A stretch of 64,000 nt of DNA, taken from positions 744,001 through 808,000 of the forward strand of contig MU008177.1 of the NCBI GenBank assembly GCA_010909165.1. Direction: 5' to 3'. Shown here one piece after another: positions 35,202 to 48,400 of this stretch. The DNA is from Anthoceros angustus (taxonomy: Eukaryota; Plantae; Anthocerotophyta). Under the pieces are notes generated by a model, which saw only the letters and a list, made by a program, of their open reading frames with translations, was not told the origin of the DNA and did not search any database. Both the position numbers and the translations under genes were made by a program. Position 1 is the first letter of the stretch. Each line of letters begins with the position of its first letter.

Positions 35202-36749
35202 CTTTCGAAGGGGGTGAATATTCACGAAGAGGGTTTTGTGACATATATCCTCTGAAGGGGGTTTCACATGGGCATTGAACTCCCACTTTTTGGGGTATGG
35301 GTCAATTACAGGCAGAAAAGAAGGGTGACAATTCGCATGAACCAGTGATAGAAGATCCATTCAACGCCGGCGAAGGGTTATGGTGTTGGAGTTACCCTCA
35401 ATTGGTCCGCATTTAAGACCCATGACAAAGGCCATTGCTTCAGTAACGGTCTTTTCTCGTGGAGCAAAATGAAATCTACAAAAGAAGGGTGATGAAACTT
35501 TGAGGACAGGCTACCCGGCGGGTATGAAAGCAGGTTTGAGAGGAAGGGCGCCCGGCCGCTTTCTCGATGATCCCTTGCGAATGGCGGGAGTTGCCTTAAC
35601 TCGGATTTGGTTTGAAAAGACTTGATTGGGGTGGGGATGGCTTCCCATACATCTCAATTGTCGCAAATATATTGACACCTCCGGTCCCCATTGCGGTCGA
35701 TGAACTTAAAGCGTCGGCGGAAACTAGTTCCGCCGTCATGGCCTTGAGGAACATGCCGGCTCAACGTATGATGCCTTACATTATGCCGCAATGCCGATGT
35801 CGGCCCTGTGGCCTCCCACGTGTCCTTCTCTATGGTAGCACAAACTCTTGAAAATGGAAGATAATATGTATCTACAACTTTTCATAGAGGATAGCCACAA
35901 CAAAAAGCCTAGCATGGGCGTATACTATTATGTGCACATACATTGTGCAAACTACGAGAATAGAGCATGACGCAAACCTCATCAATTGTGCGATGATCAT
36001 TGTTTTCCTACTCTTCGCCCGACTCCACGCCTTCATCTTCGCTGGGCCCGGCATCCTGACCATCCTCTTTGCTGTCCTCGGTTGCACTTTGACTCGCTGG
36101 TTGAATAAACCCTCGCAATTCAATTAACTTATCTTTTATGGCCTTCTTATCCACAGCGTACAAATGTTTCCGCGTAGACAGGCTGAACCCATAATAGAGG
36201 ATGACTGTTTGGTGAACAAAAACTTGTTGGATATTCTTCTGACGGATAGCCTTCGCCCCCCGTCTCCCCGAGTTGCTTCCCTGCCATCCCTCGATTATAT
36301 TCTTCCACGACCTCCCTTCATACGCATCTGTGTTGATTCGCCGAACAAGGAAGTGAGGCTCGTGCATGTAGTTCAACACAAGTCACCTTGCCAATCCAAA
36401 AGGGCCTATTTTGCGTGTTTGGTGCCCGGGAACTAACATTCCGCCTTTATTTTACGATATCACCATTCAACCGTGACATTTCTTGTTGTTGCCTCCCAGT
36501 TTTGGTATGCTCCCAAATACATATCTCGTTGTGGGAGCTCCTCAAGAATGCCTCCTCAGTGCTTCATCCGGGTGCAGAGGTTGGGTTGCCTTGCACTTGA
36601 TCTGGCGTACCACCTCCAAGGTTTGTGTAGCACAAGGCCAATGTTGTTTTCCACAATATGACAATCTCCTCGGTCCACCCAGCTTCCCACCATAAAACTC
36701 CTGATGTCACATACGGCCTAAGTTCACAAGACCAGCCTTTAGATGAGCA

Positions 36750-38650
36750 CGGCTGCGGTTGGAGATAATATCATGTGGCTTCCTTTTTATCCCTCGACCC
36801 AGCGGGTCCGCATTATAGTGTCAAAGGCACATTTCAAAACTCCAAACCCCTTGATTTCCCAGGCGAGGTCGATCGCTTGCTCGATCATCACAAACCCACG
36901 GGCCGCTTTTTCTTCACGTGTTATTTTGAATCTGGAGCGATAGGTTGTTCGGGTTTCTTCGCCCATAATCGAGTCCTCTCGGCCTTGTGTAATGGGCCAC
37001 ACATGAAAGTCGGCCACTTGATCAATACCTTGACCTCTGGTAGGCGTACGCTTGCAGATCTCGACGACAACGGGAAGCGTGTGAGCTTCTTTATGTTTCA
37101 AGCTTTTGAGAAGCAAGAAAACATCCGGTCGATTTGATCATGAGTATGTCCGACCAAAAGGAATCCCACTTTCACTTTTTCAAAAGTACCCATATCAACA
37201 AGCATGTTCGGATAAAAAAGCGGTGGTTCTTATTCTCCCCATGTGTTGTCCAACGCAAGTACAAAACTCTTGGCGACACCCTCGTAGTTATGTATAACGT
37301 CCACGAATAATGGTGATCGTAAGATTCGCGTCGTTCAGATTCGCATAATGCAAATAGGCTCTAGCTTTAAGCGTATAGTTGTGAATCATGCACCCAACCA
37401 CGTGGTGAAATCGACACTCCTCTACGAGGTTTTTCGACCGGAGAAGATGAGGTATCTCTGTCTTTTTGGTCCATTCCATCAATTGATAGCGCATATACTT
37501 ATGTGGCTCCACATAGCTCTTGCTCTGTGTTTAGCCATTTCTGCCGTTCTGGTGGAGCCGCACGATGTGCTTCAAGGCAACTGGTATTTCTGCCAAAACG
37601 AACATCATAATCAGCAACAAAAAGACCCCCCATCCACCATCACCGACTTTGCAGAGATCCAACCTATACAAAAGCGTTTTTGACGCTCTTACCAACATTC
37701 ATGCGTGCAAGTGGGGAAGGGCGTCGGTGCGCCCGCCCCCCTTACCGACGGATGATTTGGGAGGGGTCTCGAATCATCATAAGCAGTGTGCAGGCGCCGG
37801 CCGGCGCCGCTCCCTGGGGAGGCTGCGTCCACCCTCGGGCCGGCGGCGCCCGCAGGGAGCGCGGCCCGCGCGCCCAATTGGAAGCATTGGGCATTGCAAG
37901 CACATGAATCGATCATGTGAAGAGACAGAAGAAGGGTACATCCGGTGCCGGATGATAGGCGGCATTCAACAACGGAGGAACAAGCACATGAAAGACACAT
38001 CGGTGCAATTTACCTTGATCTTGCTTGTGCTTTGTATTTATAGTGCTCTTGAGCCTGCATAAGCGAGCATGTTGAAAATGTTGGACTTGATTTTTACTCT
38101 GGGAAGTTGCTTCTCCAGTTTAAGAACCATGGATACTTCACATAGCGTATGCGAGCTTTCATGGCGCTTACAACGCCCATATTTCCAACTTTGTATACGT
38201 GTCGGGTAGATTAAATACTTCCAAATTAGGAAGCCGCATAAACATAAAAGCATTGTCCATCCAAGAAATGGCATCAAGCGCATAAGTAGATTGTGCCTTG
38301 GGTTTGGTCCGAAACCATCCCAAGGTGATTCGGAAAGACTACGCTCTTTAGCTCCTCATACCTCTTGTGCCCAAGGCAATACACTCTTTTGAAAGCCTTC
38401 AAAGCGCATAAAGTCGCTCCCATGAGATGTGTGACGCTTTCCTTCTATCCGTGCACTCCATCGGCTGAACAAGAGGCGAAGAAATGTCTCTGTTCACGCC
38501 TTCCCATCCGAAGGAAGCGGTATCGCTCTCTGAAATCGCTCTTTAATTCAAACACATTTTATTTGCAACAAGGTTTCAATATGTGGAAGCACATGTCTAT
38601 TGTGGGCTTCTTGTTCCAGAAATGCACAGTCGCCACGGATCACAATACCA
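36750..38650 (-). pseudogene. Sola1/DUF7869-type DDD transposase, frameshifted
   Basis: Segments DAISWMDNAF..RLPNLEVFNLPDTYTKLEIW, WFLKLEKQLPRVKI, LSIDGMDQK.TEIPH, VVGCMIH..DANLTITII, ENKN, GFLLVGHTHDQIDRMFS and QVADF. Confidence 0.8.
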
Positions 38651-40450
38651 TGTCGGACGGAAGAAGAAGATGAACTTCATTGAGCGGTCCGATGCCACGA
38701 GATGAGCTGATAGCAAAGCGAAGGAGTCTGAGATGACCATGGCATGGAAGTACAATGTACAAAGTGCTTGGATTGATTGAGGATGATGAAGGCGCGAGGC
38801 GATGTCTACAAGAACAAAGTAGACAATCGCACACATTTTATGCATCGTGCGGAGGAAGGTGTGGGACAATGTGGACTTGATTTTTCAAAGTGGGAGGCTG
38901 GAGCTTATGGAGCAGAAGAAGCATTTACCGGCGAGGACTAGCAAGAAAGGGAAAGGAAGCGGAAGATGGGCGAGAAGCAAGTGGACACGTGTCGTAAAGC
39001 CAAAGGACATGTTGGCAAAGCCATGGAAATCCTTCCAAGGAATACCGGTGGAGAGTGGCGCAAATTCGTCACAGCTGAGAAAAGTTTTAACTGGACTTAT
39101 TGATTTGAAGGGCATGGATGAGAGATCACTTTGGAAGAAGTTCCATGTCATACAAGTTGCGATGGTAAACACACAGGGTGCTCTTCATTGAGGTGCGAGA
39201 AGAATATCCGTTGCATTGGCGGACGGATGTTGTCCGCTTTCAAAGCACTTTCGGAAAGGTTAGTTTGCCCATGTGTGTTCGAAAGTGGAGGCGCCGGCCG
39301 GCCCGGCGCCTCCTCTGTCTTTGCTTTGGACTAACCATCATGTGTTTGGCGACAGCGAAGGATATTGAGGTCCTTTCCAAACTTCGGATGTCTTCCAACA
39401 TTTCATTTTGAGTAAATAATTGGAAAGGGTGGAGGGCGAGCGGCGTGCTCTGCGGACAAGGACCTTGAGGAAGGATTGGAGGTCTTCAATGTTCCATCCT
39501 CGGACAAACAAGTACAATACCAAGTGGAAAGCGAGATGTTTTGGACATGCGAGGATTTACGAGGCCAAGTACACACTTACGGTGATGGGCGTTCCAAGGG
39601 GTTTCAAATTGGGCCCTTGGACAAAGCGAGTTGACAAGCGGATGATGGACCTTTGTTTTGCGAGTTTTGCGGAGAAAACTACTCGGATGAGTTGAGAATG
39701 ATTGTCATGCATGGTGTGGAGGAGGCTCACACCGTGAGGGAGTCAATGCGAAGTGGAGCAAGAAAGGGGCTTGGTCTCATTTGTATGGGACAAGACCAAC
39801 ATGAACAATGATGGTGGATTCAAACCGTGGAATATGTCACGGTGGGTGGGGCATGGGAGATGGATTCACGAGGATAGAGTTCCAATGATGCCAATGCCAT
39901 GCCGGCACTTTCAACAATGGTGATCACGATACGGTTGTGAAGAAAGCAGTGTACATGTCCCAAGACAAAATGGTGGTTTGCCCATACGAGGCCTCAGGGC
40001 TTATGATGAAACTTATCGAACCTTCTCGAGAGAGGATTGGATTTTGGTATGCTCGGGAGTGGGACAACGTTATTGGCTTCCCTATGCGCGGTGGAATTGT
40101 ATTGCTAGTTGAAGGACTTGAGGTGTGCGGGATACATACCACAGATTCGGGCATGAGGTTACGATCTTTGAAGAAGAGCGGCGTTTGGCACCGCGAGAGG
40201 ACTTGCGCGATGGGCAAAGGAGGTGTGTATCGGTGAGAAGGACTCCACCTGGCAGTTGTTTCCTTAAACGCTGAAGACCAAAGCGGTGATCTTTTGGCGG
40301 ATGGGCAGCAAACTTTGGATGTGTGGCAGCCTTCCCGACCCTTGGCAGTGCAAAGAGCAGAAGACACAAGGGCGTTGGGGAGAGCGATAGCCGATGAAGA
40401 GGAAGTGGGGCGCTTTAAATCGGCTATTGTGATGGATTCGAGTTTTCTCG
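38648..40450 (+). pseudogene. Degenerate second ORF inside the Sola1-type element, function unknown
   Basis: Several + strand ORF pieces (38847-39191, 39420-39695, 39937-40236), an acidic start and a VQCTKC..W motif. Confidence 0.4.
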
Positions 40451-40767
40451 CACAGTCCCAAGTTAGCCCTAGGGAATAGGCTTAGTGTTCTCATGTCATG
40501 TGCATCTGTGCTTCGTTTAGTTCATCTTATGGGACCCGTTGCATTGCGGCAATTGATGTCTTGGTTTTGCAGTTCAAATAAACAATGAAAGCGCGCCGGC
40601 CCTCATCCGTTTTCATGTCTTTGTTGCGCGAATCGTTTTTGAATACTACGTGTTCTACCATGGTCGACCTTTCTTAAAAAGAGCTAAAAGGCATATTTGG
40701 GGTGTGTCATGTGCTAAGAGGGTTTTCATTTCACGGAAGGGGTTGGGATATTCACCCCTTCACGATA

Positions 40768-42770
40768 TCTCGTGTTAGGCATTTTCGTGTTCTGGCGGCG
40801 ATTTTGCCGATTGCCCCCAGGGCTTGGGCACCCTCACAGGATTGCAAGTGAGAGGGACCCGTGCGTGTGTTGATTGCTGGCTAGACCTTCATTCTCGCTA
40901 TTCGGAGATTTGAAAAAAGCGAGGTTTATCACGAGGATCGCGGCGATGGTTCTAGATGATAATAGCCGTGGGAAGGCCAGTTGGTACAATGGATGGGCGG
41001 AACTCAGGCCCAAAGCAAACCCAGTTCGATGATGTTGTGGCGGATATGGCACGCAGAGAAGCTGCGACCCCTGCCGACATCCGTCAACGAGGGAACTTTG
41101 GAACCAAGCGGCTGTCCTCCCTGTTCAGAGTGCTGCCATATTGGCGTCACATGCTTGTGTGGGTGCCAAAGGATGTGATGCATGTGGAAAAAAAAAACGC
41201 AAAGGCCATATGGCACACTCTGACAGGAGAGCGAGATGACATCGCATCACGCATGGACATGGAAGCAAGCGGAGAGAAAAGATGGTTGTGGCACATGGAG
41301 CGATGGCCATACCGGGCGCCGTCGTTTTGTCCGTCGAGACTTGAAGGCCGTGATTGAGGGCATTAAGCGCATCAAACCCACGGGCTATGGGTCCAACATT
41401 GCGACTAAGGTGGAAGCGGGAAAGTTGGCGGCTGAAGTGCCATGGAGCACATTATGTTGGAAATCATATTCCCCATCGTCCTCCGGGGTGCATAGAGCGA
41501 GGTGTACAAGGTTGTAAAGCTAGGGCGCCTTCTGGTGGATTTGCCGGTAGACGATCTGAGTCGGGACATCCAAGCACAGCGAAGAGGCGATGAGGGTAAT
41601 GTGTGCTCTGGAAAGCAATTTCCCCTAAGATGTTTGATATATCAACCCACCTCATACACTTAGTGGGAGGTGGCGCTTTGGGCCAGTTCACACTAGGTGG
41701 ATGTGCCGGTGGAGAGATATTTAGGATCGAGGGCGCGTCTGACAGAGGAAGTCGAGTATAGCGGTGGGGTACATGCGTGAGGAGAGTTTGCATTTCGGCA
41801 TGACATTTCTCCGTTATTATGCTCACGTGGGAGAAGCATGGTGAGATGAGCGTATGGGGAGAAGGTCTTTGGGTGTCGGCCGTGCGTACATTATGGATGC
41901 CGTGGAGGCCGAGGCGCACACATATGTCTTGTATCACAGAGGTGATCGGTAGTTCTTGGACATGTCTGAGGAAGAAGTGAGGACATACGGTGCAGGAAGG
42001 TCGACGGACTTTAGGCGGTGGATATGGAAGAAGGGCTATGAGCATGGGATGGGCATCCTTGCATGACCCATGGTGACCGCAATCATGGATGGCCGTTGCA
42101 AGCGGTGGCACATAGCCACATGTGGAACAAAAGCGCCACCTCGAGCAGTGGGCGGACAAAGCGTCGCGGAGTACAAAGGATAGTCGGTGTCAAGTTTATC
42201 ATGGTAGGCGGTGGCGGCGATTGAAGAGGGCGCCCGTTCTCTGAGCACATAGAACAAATACTCCGCTGCGGTTCTCGCGGAGAGTATCAATTTTGTTGAA
42301 GGTTAGATGAGTGCAGTGTCGGCCGGGAGGGACAAGGCCATCGATCTGCGAAAGTCGTACACGGTTGACATTGTCGGAGAAAGTTTGTGCGTCTACGTGC
42401 GCTCAATAGATGGTCCGTTTGTGTGGCCATCGCGGTAACTCGATGCATGCATCGCATCCAGGAGCGATGGATGAAAACATAGGCTGGGCCATCGCCGTAC
42501 CCACCGGCGAGGATGGAGGAGGCGAGTGGGAGGCATATAGCGCATGGCATGTGGCCTAGTCGTGGAGGGGAACCTCCGGACTCGGCAGCGTGTGAATGGT
42601 GGAGACAACGTCACGTCCAGCGCAAAATACGTGGTCTTAGTGGCGGTGTTCAAATGGACAATGATTATCGGCAATATGCATTGATGACGCTTCGATTTGC
42701 ACTCAATGTGGGCAATATACTGGTTGTTGAATATAAAACACTAGTCATTATGGTGAAGGAGAAAGAGTGA
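40768..42770 (+). pseudogene. CACTA Tnp2 transposase, C-terminal half
   Basis: DCPQGLGTLTGLQVRGTRACVDC, LSSLFRVLPYWRHML..DVMHVEKN, PTGYGSNI, and a GPVHTRWM..ER-like segment. Confidence 0.85.
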
Positions 42771-43269
42771 GGCGTTGATCTCGCGAAGCAATAAAATGAC
42801 GGCGACTACTTTGCAAACAAAGCTTTGATTTTTGCCAGTGGCGACCCTTGGCAGCAACTTTCGGAAGGGGGCAAGCCAATGCCTTCAACATGGCACGATG
42901 GCGTCCGAGCGGGGCAATGGAAGGCCGCTGAGCGAGTTTGGAACGCCATTATACCAGCTAGGAGCACCAGCGGCGTCGCCAATGCCAAACCGTAGGTGGG
43001 TGGGGAGGATGAGAGGGCAAGCTGGATCTCGGGCTATCTCGGCTCATCCACCCACCTAACCACTCGATCGGGCATGCGCCAAGAGAGCGTCCCACATGGG
43101 ACATAGAGTTGTGAGGGACAAGTGGAACATGGCAGACCAATGGCGGTTGAGGACATGGGCGTGGAATATCCAGACGGGGCGGACTTGGAGCATTGCGTCC
43201 GTGAATTGAACGAAGTGGATGATGATGCTGTCAGATGAGGTGGGTGTTTCGAGACTAGATTGACCAGAA

Positions 43270-44430
43270 CGTCTTGTTCCGAAATTGTACACACGTTGAT
43301 GCAGTTTGCTTGGCGGACGTTGCGGTGCACCTTGGCATGTTGGCAGCTGTTCATGCGGGACATGGAGGCAGCCATGGCGGCCACGGGAGGTGGTTGGCGG
43401 CTGCGAGGCATCTTGGCGTGGGCAGGCGGGCAACCCGTGTGGGGCGAGACTGCGGCCCGGCGCCTGGCTGGATGATGAGAATGGCGGCAACAATTTCGAC
43501 AAGGGGGAGGTGTGATGACAAGCGGAGAGGTGTGCAGTGGATCTTGATGGAGTGGTGTGAGGTGGACAACGATGCACTGGTGACAGCCTTGATAAAAAGG
43601 CATGGCGTGAAATGGCTAAAGGAGGCAATGCAAAAACAAAGGGCGAGGAGGAAGGAATCCGATGTTGTTCGAAGTCGAGCGAAGCAAAGGCCTGGCCCGG
43701 GTGAGGACAAAGGTTGTGTGAAGCGGGGTACATGGCAAGATGGCGGCGTTCGAGGAGGAAAAACGCAGTTAGTGAAATCGGTGTCAGGCCTTCCCGACAC
43801 TGGTGGTAAAGTCCAGCATAAGCCGACACTTCTGAGATGACTTCATGCGCGCAATTCGTTGTGTGGAGCGCAAAAGCGGCGGCATTAGAGGAAGGGAGGC
43901 GAGGAGGAGGAGGCGGGTGAAGCCGAGCATGGTGGGCGAGGAAGAGTGGGAAGATGCTCTTGCACAGGCTCGGATGGGCTGAAGCAGCGGAAGTTTGAGC
44001 CATCGAAGTATGAAATTGCAGCTAAAGAGAGGCTGGCCAAAAACGGAGGGATGGGGCCAAACCCTTGGGGAAAGGAGGCGTGCTGGATGGGTGCTTCGGT
44101 TTGAGAAGAAGCATGGTAGATACCCAACCGAAGAGGAGGAAGAATATGGGAGGCTGAAGAGGACGATCTCCATGCAACCTCTGTGGGCGGTTCGCGATAA
44201 GAGGCGGTTACATCCGGAGTTCCTCTGGGTAAGACATGGAATAAGAAAACACCCCAGGTTGAGGCTATGGGAGAACAAAGAAATGACAATTTTGTTGAGC
44301 GACATGGAATTGGAGATGGATCGGTCACGGTGGCATTTAGGGCGAAGGATGGAAGGCAGGGGAGCATGCTGCGGGAGGTGGTGGTGTGGATGTGGAGGGA
44401 TAACTAGGAGGACGGAGGAGTAGATTGCAT
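43270..44430 (+). pseudogene. CACTA TnpA-like (Ptta/En/Spm) ORF remnant
   Basis: Lies downstream of Tnp2. Contains HRLG...RFEKKHGRYPTEEE, resembling Transposase_24. Confidence 0.45.
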
Positions 44431-45412
44431 TGGGAGAGGCGGAGGCAGAACTTGGAATGAATGGAGGGAGGCGGGCTTGGTGAACCATGAAGGTGGGATG
44501 GTGGAGGGGAAGCAAGTGCATGGAGGGAGGCTATCACAACAATGATATCGTGGTCGCACCACGATCACCGATGGTGATGGAGCGTGCATGCGGTGATAAT
44601 AATGTGAATGAAGAGACGGTGGCGGATGTAGGGGAGGCGTGACCGCAGCGGACAGGATTTGGGGTGCCGTCACCATCAAGTTGCGGCCATGGCCGTAGGG
44701 GAGTGACCTCGGAGGAGTGACTTGGGTATCGGTGTGGTGGCTAGGCGGTTAACGAAAGGAGGGTGTGTCGAGGGACAGTGTGGTAATGGCGTGTGTTGGG
44801 GAGGTGCCGTCATTGGCTAGTGTGAGCGGCACATTTGGAGGAGTTTGGGTCGAGGCGGTGGCGGGTGAGCGCATGAGGATGGGGTGGAGGCGGGCGATTT
44901 ACGCAGCAGACGGGGAGGCAATTGTGTCGTCACGAGCAAGGCAGGCATGTGTCGGCGTGGGCTGCAGAACAAAATGGGGTGGGAGTGGGAGGGCGGGTGG
45001 CGGATAGAGGAGAAGAGTGGGTCATGCGAGCAATGGTGGGTCGTGGGAGCCAAAAGGCTGGCCATGAGGGTGTCGAGGGGGAGGAGAAAGAGGCAGGGGA
45101 AAAGGGGTACACGTGATGGCATGGCCTTGAAGACACAACATTAGCGCGAGAAGGAGGGACGGAAATTGAGGGCGTCTAACGTGCCGGACACATACAGCAC
45201 ACTCGGCCAGCATGGACCTCCAGTGGGCCCATTGGAGACTCGCCACATGTGACAAGGGTGGAGGCAGAAGGCGGGGGAGGTGCGGTGGAAGGCATTCACT
45301 GGGTGAGCAAGGGAACATGGTGGACTACGGACTTCCACAGGGGTTAGAAATTAGGTAGGGTTTTGTTTTTGTAGGAGTAAAGGATAAAATGAGGCGAAAA
45401 GGGAAATAAGCA

Positions 45413-48400
45413 GTTAGCACTCGGACGGCACTCGGAGTATACTCGGACTCGGGAGTGAGGCGTACCTAGGCCCTACGATGGCGGCGACGGTAGCAGGATA
45501 AGTCGGACCCACTCCGGGACCCGAGGCGGGATAAATCGCCGGTAACTTAGTTGGGCGTAGGGCGGACTGGCGCGCCACGTGGGCGACCACAGTGGAGGGC
45601 GGGCATCGGAGTCGGGGCCGTAACCTTGCGAGCCGTTATAGCGGTATTCACGCCCAGCGCGGCGTGGGAGCAATGCAGTGGCGTAAGGCGTGCTGGGCGA
45701 GTAAGCCATGCGGACCTCGGCGATTCTAGACGGGAAGGCCCTCAGCCCGGTTACTCCGGCGTGGTCGCGGAAGAAGGTCATTTGCTGCGCGACCTCGAGA
45801 CAATTCGCGATCTCTTGCGCTCCATGATCCGGCTCTCTGGCGGTATCTCGTGGGACACTCGGGCGTCTTGGCGGCTCACCGTTGAGGTCGGGCGTGACAG
45901 CGGCGAAGAGGCTCAGCGTGCGGCGGTCTCACAAGCGGCTCTGACAACCAAGGGAGGAGGCGATGGCACCCAAAAAGCCAGCGGAAGTTTGGGAGCCATG
46001 GAACCTTGTGGGCGCAACATTGTGACCGCTATCTCCGGACTTTGGGCTCTGGCTCCGAGGCGGGATTGGTGCGGGAGTGGCATTTGGATGTGTTCGGATA
46101 GTGCGGACATTTGATAGTGTCACTCAGTCGGGAGTTTGCGGAAGATCTTTGGCGGCGGTCAATAAGGAGGTGCGGTCAAGAACCTCGGGAGGACCAAGGC
46201 GATGGACCTTGGAGGTCTGAGGCGCCTAGCCGCCCAAGGAGGAAGAGGGGTGCGGAGCCCCTCAAGGCGAAGGGAAGATAGGACGGCCCCAGTGATGCTA
46301 AGGCACAGGGGCGCGGACCACCTGGTTGGGCGATATCCAGGCACATTGGACGGTCGAGTCGAGGCGGTGGCGGATCATTGTCACTGGAACCTACTCACCA
46401 AGGTGGATCACCTTGGTGATAATCTATTATTCACCTGCAGCTGCGGCCGGGGAAAGGCGGGGGGAAGGATTATCTTGGCCGGTTTAGCGAGGCTATAGCT
46501 CGGGGCGAAGCCTTAGCCATCAGTCCCCATGCGATCCATGTATGGGGCATTTGAACTCCTCAAGGAAGGAGAGCTTGGCGGCGCTCGGAAAGGGCTGGAG
46601 GCCTAGGAAGTGGAGGCGGGCAAGGCGGAGGAGGAGGCGGTCGAAAACCAAGCGGACTCGGGAGGAGGCGGGGAGGATTCGGACTCCATCGTGGCGGACC
46701 CCCTCACCACCCAGTATGGGAAGCAATTCCGCCTCCCTCCTTGGTGCCCCAGCAGGCGGCCGATCCGAGGCGGCCCGGCCCAGCGGCCCGCCACGGCCAT
46801 CACTCCGGTGAGGGCCCGGACGGGAGGCCGAAGGGGCAAGACCCACGGCTACCAGCGGCACCCGGTCGGTGCAGTACCTCTTCCCTGCCGCGGGTGGCAA
46901 GCGGAGAAGCGATGGGAGGCGAAGGGGCCGCCCGAGGGAGGCGGGAGGACAGCGGCCGCATCGAGCCGGTCTGTCGCCCGGCGAAGGGGCAAAGGCGTGC
47001 TCCGGACTCCATCACCTCCCAGCCCGGAGGAAGAGGCGGAGAAGGAGCTCGTGACCAAAAGGGCCAAGGAGGAAGCTCGGGAGCTCGGCCTCGGGACCTA
47101 AGGGTCTGATTGGGTCGGAGAACCCAGTCCGGACTTGCTCGGGGCTGCAGTATGGAGGTCCTTGAAGGGCCGTGAGATCTGGCTCCCTCACGGACTTTGT
47201 GGGAGCCTCACGGTGACGGCCGTGGAGAAACACAGCGGGTCAGCTACCGTCATGGGCGGTATGCTCTGCAGTCATGCTTGGGATGGCGAGAAGGCCCGGA
47301 GGAAGCCACCGGGCGCATGGTGCTCCTCCGGAGGCGGTTGGAGAGCCAGGCGAGAAGGAGCTCTCGGCGGATTGAGAAGAAGCCGGGAGGCGGAGAGGAG
47401 GTCTGGTCCATCCGAGGCCGGACCAAATTCAGTGGAGGAGCAGTGAGCAGACCAAGGAGGCCCAGGCGGAGGACCTCTGCGAGGAGGCGTGGCGGAGCGA
47501 AGGGCCGGCAAGCGAGCAGGCGGGATCTCGGAGGCGGCCGTGGACGAGCCAAGTGAGAGGCTCGGTGAAGGTGGCGAGGCGGAGGCCACAGCCGATCGCG
47601 ATCACTGTCGGCGTGATCGGGCCGGTGGAGGAGGCCGAGAGCCACAATCGAAGGCCGAGCAAGTGGCCAGAGCAAGCACGGTCGTGAGGGGAGGCCGGCA
47701 CGGGAGATTGGGGACCTCGAGTGCAGTGCGGAGGTAGAAGGGGCGGGGCTGGAGGCAAAGGACACCTTGGGTTGCAACTCCAAGATGCATCGGGCGGGGG
47801 TTCTCAGCAGAGAATCAAGACTTGACGAGAGGTAAACGCCTCCAGCTCCGCTTGAGGAGGAGAATGGCGGCAGTGCAAGGAGTTCGGCGTCGCGTTGCGG
47901 CGGGATGTGGAGGAAGCCGAGTCGGACGGGGATCTGCCCGCTGGAGAAGAAGTGGAGGACCTCCGGGAAAGAATACGGAGGAAGCCTTTGGAGGAGAGGC
48001 TACGATTGCTCGTCCGGTTGCGAGCGAAGGGAGCTCGGCTCCATGGCCCATAAGCGGCTGGAACAGCAGCGAGGAGGAGGAGCGTCGGCGGCGGCGAAGG
48101 TTGCAAGGTAGCGGAGGCGGCCTTGGCGGCCTCAAAGTCCGCCCGCCTACGGTGGTAAGCTTGGCCAGGCGGGCAGCGGTGGGCGATCTGCTCGATTCTG
48201 GAGCACCTGGAGGAGAATGCGGGTGCTCGGGCTCATGTGAGGCGATTGGCAAGTCGATTCCGACTTACCTACTTGAGCTCCTCAAGGCTCAGGTCTGCGC
48301 CACCCTAGGCGGGAGGTGGACTTCGGAAGGATGGAAGGAGGCGAGAGAGGGGCGGACCGGGGCAGCCTGTGGCAGGAGTCCTAGGGCTGTTGATGGCAGC

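Larger units (their letters stand above)
35202..40763 (-). mobile_element. Sola1-type DNA transposon nested in the Tnp2 gene
   Basis: Imperfect TIRs GAAGGG(GG)TGAATAT at both ends, ATAT duplicated at 35198-35201 and 40764-40767, and an internal transposase. The Tnp2 frame resumes after 40767. Confidence 0.75.

Noticed and set aside
37793-39311. GC palindromes GGCGCCGGCCGGCGCC (37793-37808) and GGAGGCGCCGG..CCGGCGCCTCC (~39287-39313)
   Set aside because: They fall inside error-rich TE coding remnants and are probably base-calling artefacts or chance.
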